DNA from: an uncultured Gammaproteobacteria bacterium
GTDB taxonomy: Bacteria; Patescibacteriota; Microgenomatia; Levybacterales; UBA12049
Length of the DNA stretch: 44,482 nucleotides
Assembly: GCA_964562445.1 (NCBI GenBank)
Contig: CAZLSZ010000006.1
Span: 1-44,482, forward strand
Reading direction: 5' to 3'
Every line of letters begins with the position of its first letter. Position 1 is the stretch's first letter. The notes below the pieces were generated by a model, which saw only the letters and a program-made list of their open reading frames with translations, had not been told where the DNA came from and made no database searches. Shown here one piece after another: positions 14,526 through 22,122 of this stretch. The translations under genes were made by a program, and so were the position numbers.

Positions 14526-15491
14526 ATGAAGGTAGCGATATTGGGGTTGGGCAAAATGGGCAAAAATATTGCCAGTAAGTTGATGCAGGACGGACAGCAG
14601 GTCGTCGTATGGAATAGATCCAAAGAAGTATTGGAAGAATTCAGAAACGCGAACTCTGATCTTATCGTTAATCAAAAACTGGAAATTGCGCACTCAATCG
14701 AAAATTTGAGAAATAGTCTTCAAAAGCCTCGTGTTATTTGGTGCATGCTGCCGGCAGGTGACCCCACGGAAAATATTCTCAAAGAGCTTTTGGAAAGTGT
14801 CGTGGAGCCGGGAGATATCATCATCGATGGAGGCAATGCGTATTATAGAGACACCCAAAGACGCGCGCAAGAAATCGAAAGTAGAGGCATCAAATTTCTT
14901 GGAATCGGGGTATCAGGTGGTATTTATGGCGCAAAGAATGGGTATCCGATGATGATAGGCGGCAATGAAAGCGCATATGAATACATAAAACCATTGTTGG
15001 ATAGTTTGGCAAAACCCAATGGGACGCACACGTATTTCGGACCCGGAGGTGCGGGGCATTTCGTCAAGATGGTCCATAATGGGGTAGAATATGGCATGAT
15101 GCAGGCGATTGCTGAAGGATTCGCGATTTTGGGAAAGAGCGATTATAAATTGAATTTGGTAAAAGTCGGTAATACATGGCAAAAGGGAAGTATTGTCTCT
15201 AGTTTCTTGGTGTACTGCGCCGTGAGCGCTATCATCAAAGATCCGACTCTTTCTCAATTTGACGGGTATATCGCCTCAAATGGTGAGGGTGACTGGACGC
15301 TTGAGGCGGCAAAGGAAATGGGTATTCCCGCACCGGTTTTGGAGCAGGCGATAGCGTTTCGCAAAAAGTCAGAATATGATAAAGGCATTCAAGAGACAGT
15401 CGTCGCGAAGATGGTATCCGCTTTACGTCATGAATTCGGCGGGCATGCTCCGACCGGCCCGCAAGTTACTCCGGGAATGGAAAAGAAATAG
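14526..15491 (+). CDS. gnd: 6-phosphogluconate dehydrogenase (decarboxylating), short Gnd-like form
   Basis: MKVAILGLGKMGKNIA (Rossmann fold), IIDGGNAYYRDT, GVSGGIYGAKNG and GAGHFVKMVHNGVEYG. ATG 14526 is preferred over the track start 14490, which lies inside zwf. Confidence 0.85.
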   Translation: MKVAILGLGKMGKNIASKLMQDGQQVVVWNRSKEVLEEFRNANSDLIVNQKLEIAHSIENLRNSLQKPRVIWCMLPAGDPTENILKELLESVVEPGDIIIDGGNAYYRDTQRRAQEIESRGIKFLGIGVSGGIYGAKNGYPMMIGGNESAYEYIKPLLDSLAKPNGTHTYFGPGGAGHFVKMVHNGVEYGMMQAIAEGFAILGKSDYKLNLVKVGNTWQKGSIVSSFLVYCAVSAIIKDPTLSQFDGYIASNGEGDWTLEAAKEMGIPAPVLEQAIAFRKKSEYDKGIQETVVAKMVSALRHEFGGHAPTGPQVTPGMEKK

Positions 15492-15532
15492 TGGTTGTTT
15501 CATCTGTCAATCTATGATGTGGATATTTTTAT

Positions 15533-15555
15533 TATTCCGAGCGGGGCTCGGAATA
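15533..15555 (+). terminator. Hairpin after gnd (9-bp stem, weak T tract)
   Basis: tattccgag-cgggg-ctcggaata, followed by gcttt. There is no strong U run. Confidence 0.35.
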
Positions 15556-15584
15556 GCTTTGCGAGCGGGAACTGTATGAGAGTA

Positions 15585-15613
15585 TTGACAAATAATGAAG
15601 AGAATATTACAAT
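15585..15613 (+). promoter_or_regulatory. Promoter TTGACA-17-TACAAT driving the T-box leader
   Basis: TTGACA at 15585-15590, a 17-nt spacer, and TACAAT at 15608-15613. Confidence 0.8.
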
Positions 15614-15835
15614 GTCAATAAGAAAGCGTTATTAGTCCGGCTTCCTACCGGATAAGTCTTGAGAAAGCACGCTGACTGCGCTAAGCAGTACGGAAAGCCT
15701 AACCGTAAAATAAGGGAACTGAAATCTACTTCATAAGTAAGAGCCAGTCAGTAAGGCTATCGTAGTAATATGGTAGCGAAACAAGGTGGTACCACGAGAT
15801 TACCTCGTCCTTGAATCCAAGGAGGAGGTTTTTTT
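15614..15835 (+). promoter_or_regulatory. T-box leader (tRNA-sensing riboswitch), probable proline specificity
   Basis: The T-box core is aaacaaGGTGGTACCACGag (15785-15796). acgag (15794-15798) can pair with ctcgt (15804-15808), the 5' arm of the terminator, giving antiterminator/terminator competition. Several AGTA boxes are present. CCT-A occurs at 15644-15647 and 15698-15701. Confidence 0.8.
15803..15835 (+). terminator. Intrinsic terminator of the T-box leader, containing the SD of the next gene
   Basis: cctcgtccttg-aatc-caaggaggagg forms an 11-bp stem with one mismatch, followed by ttttttt. AAGGAGG sits in the 3' arm, and GTG 15836 follows directly. Confidence 0.8.
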
Positions 15836-16498
15836 GTGGGAAGAAATTGTGAATCAGGAATTATTATCGCAAAAATTGGCACAGATACGCTTATCCGTAA
15901 GGGTGAAATTGATGCTGCGTATACCCTACGTGTCGCGGATCAGATAGGGCGTGTGCGTGAAGCAGGAAAGAATGTCGTGCTCGTCAGCTCCGGTGCGGGT
16001 GCTTTGGGGAGTCAAAAACCCTTGACTGATGCGTGGGAAAGAGTGTTGGGAAGTAAAGGGATACCTTCTGCTGAAATTTTATTCCGAGAAGAGACATATG
16101 ATGGTAATATGAAACAAGTAAAAAAAGTGCTGCAGGAGGGAATTGTCCCTGTCGTCAATGGGGACGCGGCAGAGTATCTGGGACAGAGAACAAAAAATAA
16201 TGATTTTCTTGCCGCAGGGATTGCTGTTCGCGTTGGTGCCCCGACTGCGTTTTTAACGGCAGTTGAAGGCGTGTTGGATGCGCAGAGAAAGGTTATTTCA
16301 CTGCTTCCCAGCGAGCATGAAATTATTAGTTTCGGAAGCACTACTCATGGTACGGGCGGCATCCATGAGAAAATCGATGCCGCCCGATTAGTTGCCAATG
16401 AAGGCCACAAAGCAATTATCGCAAATGGACGAAGAGAAGATGTCATCTGGCATTTTGCCAGTGGGATTAACGGTTTCGGAACTAGAATTGCGGCATAG
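15836..16498 (+). CDS. proB: Amino-acid kinase family protein, minimal glutamate 5-kinase (ProB)-like
   Basis: GTG start. IIAKIGTDTL, VVLVSSGAGALG, IVPVVNGDAAE, NNDFLAAGIA, HGTGGIHEKIDAARL and GFGTRI parallel the ProB motifs (vKlGts / VSSGA / NEND / GDND / GTGGM.TK). It is 220 aa with no PUA domain. Confidence 0.65.
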   Translation: MGRNCESGIIIAKIGTDTLIRKGEIDAAYTLRVADQIGRVREAGKNVVLVSSGAGALGSQKPLTDAWERVLGSKGIPSAEILFREETYDGNMKQVKKVLQEGIVPVVNGDAAEYLGQRTKNNDFLAAGIAVRVGAPTAFLTAVEGVLDAQRKVISLLPSEHEIISFGSTTHGTGGIHEKIDAARLVANEGHKAIIANGRREDVIWHFASGINGFGTRIAA

Positions 16499-16527
16499 GT
16501 GATGGTATACTAAGCAGGAGAACTTTT

Positions 16528-16592
16528 GTCATTCTGGCTCATTCGACAAGCTCAGAGTCTGAGTACATCGAAGAATTGTCCAGAATTTGACA
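16528..16592 (+). repeat. Family-B-like repeat (gtcattctgg...ccagaatttgac) with a different nested palindrome
   Basis: gtcattctggctcattcgacaagctcagagtctgagtacatcgaagaattgtccagaatttgac. Confidence 0.7.
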
Positions 16593-16604
16593 CAATACAG
16601 TAAC

Positions 16605-16666
16605 GTCATTCTGGCTTGTCCAGAATCTGATTCTGGAGGTATCACGTTGTTCGTCCCTAGGATGAA
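16605..16666 (+). repeat. Family-B repeat, 3' half degenerate
   Basis: gtcattctggcttgtccagaatctgattctggag..gttgttcgtccctaggatga. Compare 44286-44354. Confidence 0.75.
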
Positions 16667-16676
16667 AGTACTTGTT

Positions 16677-16719
16677 GAGATTGCCACGTCTCCTGCAAAG
16701 CAGGATTCTCGCAATGACA
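16677..16719 (+). repeat. Family-A hairpin repeat
   Basis: gagattgccacgtctcctgcaaagcaggattctcgcaatgaca, ending 10 nt before the proS ATG. Confidence 0.85.
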
Positions 16720-16729
16720 ATATAAAATT

Positions 16730-18427
16730 ATGAAATATAGCAAATTTTTCGGAAAGACAATGAAAGAAGCGCCCAAAGACGCGGTGCTGACATCACATAA
16801 ATTGCTTTATCAGGCAGGATATATCCGTGAAAGTACAGCTGGACGCTATTTCTTCTTGCCTTTGGGTATCCGCGTGCATGATAAATTGAAGGCAATTATC
16901 AAAGAAGAAATGGATAAAGCGGGTGCGCAGGAAATGATTACACCTATCCTTCATCCCAAATCTCTTTGGGAGGAGACCAACAGAACGACATCCGTAGGAT
17001 TTGAACTCATGAGTATTACTGACCGCAATAAATTTGAATTTGTTCTCGGAGGAACGGCTGAAGAAATGCTTGTGGATGTCGTACGAAAGTTCCAAATCAG
17101 CTATAAAGACTTGCCGTTTAATCTCTATCAATTTTCTACGAAATTCCGTGATGAGATGCGTGCGCGGGGCGGGCTTTTGCGTTTGCGCGAATTTGTGATG
17201 AAGGATGCGTATTCTTTCCATGCTGATGAAAAGGATTTCAAACCGGAATATGAAAAAATGAAGCAGACGTATTCTGCGATATTTAAACGTGTCGGACTAC
17301 AGACGGCTATTGTCGAATCTGATAACGGTTATATCGGCGGGGAGTATTGTCACGAATTTATTGTAGAAAGCCCCAATGGCGAGAGTAAATTCTATACCAC
17401 AGAAGATGGATCGTATGCAGCGCATGAGGAGGTAACCACGTTCAAACGTGATAATAAAAATGTCGATGAGAAAGAGCTTCCTCTCAAGATGGTCGATGCA
17501 GTGCGCGGGGAGACAATGGAAGATGGTGTGAAACTTCATGGTTTGCCGATGTGGCAGCAGATAAAAGATGTGATGTTTGTTGATGATACCGGCCGTTTTA
17601 TTCTTGCGGTTATTAGAGGCGATTATGATGTGAACGAAATAAAACTTTTGCATGCCATCAAAGCGTATACGCTGCGCCCCGCTACAGAAGAAGAAATACG
17701 GGATAAATTACATTCAGAACCCGGATTTATTTCACCTGTGGGTATTAAGGATGGTCTTGCAAAGGATGTTGAATTGGTTATCGTAGGTGATACATCCCTT
17801 CGTACTGTTAAGAATGCCTACGGAGGTGCCAACAAGAAGCATAAAGACCTATATAATATTAATATTGACAGAGACTATACGGTTGATATCGAGGCAGATA
17901 TAGCACTCGCGCAGGAAGGATTTGAGACTGAAGATGGTAAAAAAATGTACTCAAAAAAAGGAATAGAGGTTGGAAATACTTTCCAATTAGGATTGCATTA
18001 TTCCTCCCGTATGAAGAATGCCACATATACAGGTGAAGATGGGAAACAATATTCATATTATATGGGTTGTTACGGATTGGGCTTAGCACGTACACTCGCT
18101 ACAATTGTCGAAAAACATCATGATGAGAGAGGAATTGTATGGCCAACCTCGATGGCTCCCTTTGATGCCCATTTGGTGTCCATAAAAGCTAATGATAAAG
18201 CGGAAGAATTATATAAGCAGCTTTCGGAAGCAGGAATAGATGTGCTGTATGATGACCGTGATGATGTGACCGCGGGTGCAAAATTTGCGGATGCTGATCT
18301 GATAGGTATTCCTGTTAGGCTTGTAGTATCATCGAAAACAGGTGAAAATATTGAATGGAAGAGGAGAGATGAAAAAGAAACAGAACTTATCAGTCTCCAA
18401 GAAGTTCTCAAAAGATTCTCCGATTAA
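16730..18427 (+). CDS. proS: Prolyl-tRNA synthetase (bacterial type with insertion/editing domain)
   Basis: HKLLYQAGYIRESTAGRYFFLPLG, FRDEMRARGGLLRLREFVMKDAYSF, GCYGLGLARTL, and a C-terminal anticodon-binding region. Confidence 0.93.
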   Translation: MKYSKFFGKTMKEAPKDAVLTSHKLLYQAGYIRESTAGRYFFLPLGIRVHDKLKAIIKEEMDKAGAQEMITPILHPKSLWEETNRTTSVGFELMSITDRNKFEFVLGGTAEEMLVDVVRKFQISYKDLPFNLYQFSTKFRDEMRARGGLLRLREFVMKDAYSFHADEKDFKPEYEKMKQTYSAIFKRVGLQTAIVESDNGYIGGEYCHEFIVESPNGESKFYTTEDGSYAAHEEVTTFKRDNKNVDEKELPLKMVDAVRGETMEDGVKLHGLPMWQQIKDVMFVDDTGRFILAVIRGDYDVNEIKLLHAIKAYTLRPATEEEIRDKLHSEPGFISPVGIKDGLAKDVELVIVGDTSLRTVKNAYGGANKKHKDLYNINIDRDYTVDIEADIALAQEGFETEDGKKMYSKKGIEVGNTFQLGLHYSSRMKNATYTGEDGKQYSYYMGCYGLGLARTLATIVEKHHDERGIVWPTSMAPFDAHLVSIKANDKAEELYKQLSEAGIDVLYDDRDDVTAGAKFADADLIGIPVRLVVSSKTGENIEWKRRDEKETELISLQEVLKRFSD

Positions 18428-19335
18428 AAGATAAAGGGAAGGTTTAATAATTTAATCCAGAAAATTGTATACACTACGAAAAATATTACTCCGGCGATTA
18501 TATAAATAACTCTATTTATTAATGGTGTCTCATGAGGTGTATTTTCATTGACAACTTCAGACGGAGAAGGTAATGGCTGCGTAAACTGTGACGGTGCTTC
18601 TTGCTGCGGATTCTCCGGCTGTACAGGCGTATTATATGGTGTAACTGGTGTCGGATCAGCGACTGCGTCAGTTGCCATTGCCGTATCTGCTGGAGCTGGG
18701 GCTGATGATAACGGTGCAAACGCGTCAGGAGATGCTGGTTGTTCCGGATTTGCGGGAGCTGTGTCCGTAAAAAAAGCTGAAGGTGATTCTGTCTGTGGCG
18801 CGGGATTTACCGCGTCCGGTGTCATCTCGGGGGTGGATGAAAAAATAGAAGACTGCGGGCCTGCCTCCATAGGAGCGCTTAACGCATCTGCAGGTGCTCC
18901 TATATTTTCTGATGAAAAATCAGTCGGGGCTGCGGGAAAAGCGGGAGCTGCTGGGGGTTGCTGGGCAGTGATAGTTTCTGTGGTAGTTTGCGACATCATC
19001 GAAGGCGGCATGACATTGGGATCCGGCTGTTCAGCATAACCTGTCGCGAAAGGAGAGGATGGTGTGTCATCTGCTTGCAAGGGTGGTGCCGCGAAATCAG
19101 GTGTCGGCATCATAGAAGGATTCTCCGGTTGTGTCATAACGGGGTTTTGTAAAGAAGGGTCAGGTAATGGTGTGGGTGAAATGTTGGTTTGTAGAGTATC
19201 AGTTTGCACAGTCGTCGTGGTGTCCGTAGAAAATGTGTTTTGCTGCGGAATGACACCTGCGTCGGGTGTTCCCATACCATTGTTATATGTATCTGGCTGC
19301 TGTGGGTCGAGATTGGAAAAAGATTTCGGATCCAT
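18424..19335 (-). CDS. Pro/Thr/Ala/Gln-rich low-complexity protein with a single C-terminal TM (tail-anchored)
   Basis: 303-aa ORF with about 270 aa of low-complexity sequence. It ends in VIYIIAGVIFFVVYTIFWIKLL. Its stop overlaps the proS stop (convergent). Confidence 0.55.
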   Translation of the reverse strand: MDPKSFSNLDPQQPDTYNNGMGTPDAGVIPQQNTFSTDTTTTVQTDTLQTNISPTPLPDPSLQNPVMTQPENPSMMPTPDFAAPPLQADDTPSSPFATGYAEQPDPNVMPPSMMSQTTTETITAQQPPAAPAFPAAPTDFSSENIGAPADALSAPMEAGPQSSIFSSTPEMTPDAVNPAPQTESPSAFFTDTAPANPEQPASPDAFAPLSSAPAPADTAMATDAVADPTPVTPYNTPVQPENPQQEAPSQFTQPLPSPSEVVNENTPHETPLINRVIYIIAGVIFFVVYTIFWIKLLNLPFIF

Positions 19336-19403
19336 AAATATAGTGCTTATTTAATGATCACGGATTTAGCAACTTTTGTCAAGGGAGGGGAGTAAATAAG
19401 TTA

Positions 19404-19667
19404 TTATTGTTCCTGTTGAGGGGCTTTGTATACGACATTTTCTTTATTCGCATTTTTTGCCCGACGGGCATCTCTGAAATCCAGATCATGTTTTACTTGA
19501 ATTCCTGCCAAATATCCACTAGCCATTGTGCAAGCCAAACTAATCCCACTGATTATTGGAGATTTATCCGCATTTGTATGCATGGTATCTAAAGATACCA
19601 AAGCGGTTGAAGCCGAAAGTCCAGCTAAGGGTAGATGGTAATTTCTTGGTGTTCTTTCCTTTTTCAT
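19404..19667 (-). CDS. Small hypothetical membrane protein (87 aa)
   Basis: The ORF has two hydrophobic stretches (LPLAGLSASTALVSL and IISGISLACTMASGYLAGI). It lies 68 nt upstream of the PT-rich gene on the same strand. Confidence 0.35.
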   Translation of the reverse strand: MKKERTPRNYHLPLAGLSASTALVSLDTMHTNADKSPIISGISLACTMASGYLAGIQVKHDLDFRDARRAKNANKENVVYKAPQQEQ

Positions 19668-19714
19668 ATTTTGACATTATATCTCATAATATTTATTTGT
19701 CAATGGTTTGGTTT

Positions 19715-19743
19715 TTGCTATTTTGAGGCGGAAAAGGTATACT
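19715..19743 (+). promoter_or_regulatory. Promoter TTGCTA-17-TATACT of the DHH-family gene
   Basis: TTGCTA at 19715-19720 and TATACT at 19738-19743. Seven nt (tagtggg) separate the -10 from ATG 19751. Confidence 0.6.
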
Positions 19744-19750
19744 TAGTGGG

Positions 19751-20662
19751 ATGAAAATCATTGTCACGCATACTTCACCCGATTGGGATGCAATTACTTC
19801 TGTCTGGCTATTAAAGAAATTTCTTGCAGGATGGAATGAGGCAGAAGTCCGTTTTGTCCCAGCCGGAAATCGTATGAATGGTGCTCCAAAAAAAGAAGAG
19901 ACGAAGCATAAAGGAGAAAATCCGATTGAACAGGTCGGGCATGATGAAGTGATCCATGTGGATACAGGACTGCTGCCGCTGGACCACCATCAGATTTATG
20001 ACACAAATGTTTCTGCAGCATCACTCGTGTGGGAATATGTGCAGGATGAGCTGAGGAAAGCAGGACAGCACTTTACTGATGAACATAAAGAAGCAATTTC
20101 CCGGATTGTCAAAGTGGTGGTCGATACGGATCATTTCAAAGAAGTGTATTGGCCGGAGGCTGATGCGGATAGATATGAATTCGGTCATCTGGGAGTGCTG
20201 GACGGGCTTAAGTTAGTGAAGCCCAATCAGGATACATTGTATTTGGAATTCGGTTTTGACTATCTTAATGCGTTGACTGCTGCCTTTGAAAACAGAATCT
20301 GGGCAGAAAAGGAAATAAGGGAGAAAGGTGTCCCATTTCCGACACGGTATGGGAAAGGAATGGGTTTCGAAACGCTCAATGATACTGTCCTGAAGCTTGC
20401 CCAAAAGATGGGATATGTTGTTGTCATCCGTAAAGATCCGAGGAAGGGATATGTACGCATCAAAACACTACCTGCGCATGAAGGCAAAGTAGGAGCGGAT
20501 CTCACAAAAGCATATGAGGAGTTTAAAAAAATTGATCCTGATGCGACATGGTTTCTCCATATCTCAAAAAAAATGCTCTTGAATGGAAGTGCTAAAAATC
20601 CTACAATGAGACCGACGAAATTAAGTCTGAAAGAGTTGATAGAAGTGGTGAGGAAGATATAA
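19751..20662 (+). CDS. DHH-family phosphoesterase-like protein
   Basis: IIVTHTSPDWDAITSVWLL (motifs I/II) and HVDTGLLPLDHHQ (DHH). No clear GGGH (DHHA1) motif was seen. Confidence 0.6.
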   Translation: MKIIVTHTSPDWDAITSVWLLKKFLAGWNEAEVRFVPAGNRMNGAPKKEETKHKGENPIEQVGHDEVIHVDTGLLPLDHHQIYDTNVSAASLVWEYVQDELRKAGQHFTDEHKEAISRIVKVVVDTDHFKEVYWPEADADRYEFGHLGVLDGLKLVKPNQDTLYLEFGFDYLNALTAAFENRIWAEKEIREKGVPFPTRYGKGMGFETLNDTVLKLAQKMGYVVVIRKDPRKGYVRIKTLPAHEGKVGADLTKAYEEFKKIDPDATWFLHISKKMLLNGSAKNPTMRPTKLSLKELIEVVRKI

Positions 20663-20677
20663 AGGCAATGGACATAA

Positions 20678-20724
20678 TGTCATGATGCCCCTGCCTTGCC
20701 GACCGGCAGGCTCGTTTCAGCATC
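20678..20724 (-). repeat. Degenerate family-A-like repeat
   Basis: tgtcatgatgcccctgccttgccgaccggcaggctcgtttcagcatc. Confidence 0.5.
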
Positions 20725-20756
20725 TAAAAAGGTAAATTTATAATAACGTAGAGACG

Positions 20757-20785
20757 AGATATCCTGAATCGAGTTCAGGATGACT
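20757..20785 (+). repeat. Family-A-like hairpin repeat (GAGATATC...ATGAC)
   Basis: gagatatcctgaa-tcgag-ttcaggatgac. Confidence 0.65.
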
Positions 20786-20793
20786 TATAGCAT

Positions 20794-21198
20794 ATGGGTG
20801 ATTGTATTTTTTGTAAAATTGTAAATAAAGAAATTCCATCCACCGTCGTGCATGAAGATGATAATACCGTATCGTTTATGGAATTACATCCTTCCGCTCC
20901 CGGTCAACTTATGGTAATCCTGAAAAAACACGGACGAAGTATGCTTGATTATTCTGATGAAGACTTGGGAATCATCATGCCTGTTGTGAAGAAGATGGCA
21001 AAGAAAGTTCAGGATGGATTGCAATGTGAGCATATCACTATCGGTATTAATCATCTTGAGCCCACAGGTGTGCCCCATATGCATATTCATTTGATTCCTC
21101 GATGGACTGATGACGGAGGTCACGCGATCCAAGGAGTTGTTAAAAATCCTCAAAAAGAGGATCGCGATGTCATCGCAGAGAAAATCCGCAAGGCATAA
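20794..21198 (+). CDS. HIT-family (histidine triad) nucleotide hydrolase
   Basis: CIFCKIVNKEIPS and the histidine triad GVPHMHIHLIPR. Confidence 0.9.
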   Translation: MGDCIFCKIVNKEIPSTVVHEDDNTVSFMELHPSAPGQLMVILKKHGRSMLDYSDEDLGIIMPVVKKMAKKVQDGLQCEHITIGINHLEPTGVPHMHIHLIPRWTDDGGHAIQGVVKNPQKEDRDVIAEKIRKA

Positions 21199-21205
21199 TA
21201 CCTCA

Positions 21206-21248
21206 TGTCATTGCTTCGTCTCCTGCAAAGCAGTATCCTCGCAATGAC
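21206..21248. repeat. Family-A hairpin repeat, symmetric ends (tgtcattgc...gcaatgac)
   Basis: tgtcattgcttcgtctcctgcaaagcagtatcctcgcaatgac. Confidence 0.85.
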
Positions 21249-21298
21249 GATTGTTCTAGCCCCTAGCTTCTAGCTCCTAATATTTCCTATAGTAGAGA

Positions 21299-21327
21299 TT
21301 TACTTCTGAGCCAATTTGGAGTAAAAT
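21299..21327 (+). promoter_or_regulatory. rpsU promoter-like TTTACT-17-TAAAAT
   Basis: TTTACT at 21299-21304 and TAAAAT at 21322-21327. A GGAGGTG SD precedes ATG 21363. Confidence 0.55.
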
Positions 21328-21362
21328 AGGAGCATCTCATATTTGAATGGAGGTGTTTTTTT

Positions 21363-21551
21363 ATGGTATATGTTAAAAAATTACCAGGACAATCAGATGA
21401 TCAGGTCATCCGAAATTTCAGTAAGAAAGTAATGGATGCTGGCATTGTCCAAGAAGCAAAAAGGCGTAAGTTTTATCTGAAGCCGAGTCTTGCCAAAAAA
21501 TTGCGAAAGAAATTGAAGCAAGAAGAAGCTGCACGTGTCAAATTGTTCTAA
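21363..21551 (+). CDS. rpsU: 30S ribosomal protein S21
   Basis: A 62-aa basic protein: ...SDDQVIRNFSKKVMDAGIVQEAKRRKFYLKPSLAKKLRKK... Confidence 0.88.
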   Translation: MVYVKKLPGQSDDQVIRNFSKKVMDAGIVQEAKRRKFYLKPSLAKKLRKKLKQEEAARVKLF

Positions 21552-21562
21552 TAATTACTTAG

Positions 21563-21949
21563 ATGGTGAAGCCAAAAATATTAATCTACGTCGAAAGCAG
21601 ATATAAAGTGAACAGAAAAAAGATTAAATCTGCTGTCGCATATGTTCTCGAAGATCAGCAAGTGTTTACGCCGGTAGAAGTTTCTATCGCTTTTGTGGGA
21701 GATCGCAAAATGCGCGCGCTTAATAAAAAGTACAGAGACAAAGATAAAACGACAAATATTCTTGAGTTTCCTTTGCAGGAAGGAGAGCAGACACATCTGC
21801 CGTCGGATATTACACGACTAGGTGATATTGTCATTTCCTATCCCGAGCTCATCCGTGAGGCAGCGGAGCAGGAAATGCTAGTTGATGAACGGGTTGATGA
21901 GCTTGTGCAGCATGGCATGTTGCATCTGCTGGGGATCCACCATCAATAA
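21563..21949 (+). CDS. ybeY: rRNA maturation endoribonuclease YbeY (ends right after the metal motif)
   Basis: TNILEFPL and the H3xH5xH motif HGMLHLLGIHH, followed only by Q and the stop. Confidence 0.85.
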   Translation: MVKPKILIYVESRYKVNRKKIKSAVAYVLEDQQVFTPVEVSIAFVGDRKMRALNKKYRDKDKTTNILEFPLQEGEQTHLPSDITRLGDIVISYPELIREAAEQEMLVDERVDELVQHGMLHLLGIHHQ

Positions 21950-21956
21950 TTTTTGT

Positions 21957-21993
21957 GTCATCGCGATCCGCCAACTGGCGGAATGGCGAGCTC
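21957..21993 (-). repeat. Family-A hairpin repeat (reverse orientation)
   Basis: gtcatcgcgatccgccaactggcggaatggcgagctc. Confidence 0.8.
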
Positions 21994-22021
21994 ACATAAC
22001 TAAAAATGTAAAACAAATAAC
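21994..22021 (+). repeat. Family-C AT-rich module
   Basis: acataactaaaaatgtaaaacaaataac. Confidence 0.65.
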
Positions 22022-22027
22022 TGATCT

Positions 22028-22089
22028 GTCATTCTGGGGACGAACCAAGTGAGGACTCCAGAATCTGATTCTGGACAAGCCAGAATGAC
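22028..22089 (-). repeat. Family-B repeat (10-bp terminal inverted repeats gtcattctgg/ccagaatgac)
   Basis: gtcattctggggacgaaccaagtgaggactccagaatctgattctggacaagccagaatgac. It is the reverse complement of the 44286 copy. Confidence 0.85.
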
Positions 22090-22092
22090 GAT

Positions 22093-22122
22093 ATTGTTTT
22101 CAGTTCTTTTTTTATGTTATGT
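22093..22122 (-). repeat. Family-C module, inverted
   Basis: attgttttcagttctttttttatgttatgt. Its reverse complement resembles 21994-22021. Confidence 0.6.

Noticed and set aside
18548-19039. 163-aa Gly/Cys/Ala-rich ORF and other plus-strand ORFs (18958-19152, 19064-19354) antisense to the PT-rich gene
   Set aside because: These are mirror-image open frames produced by the biased low-complexity sequence. The minus-strand ORF is longer, has a start, and ends in a clean TM helix.
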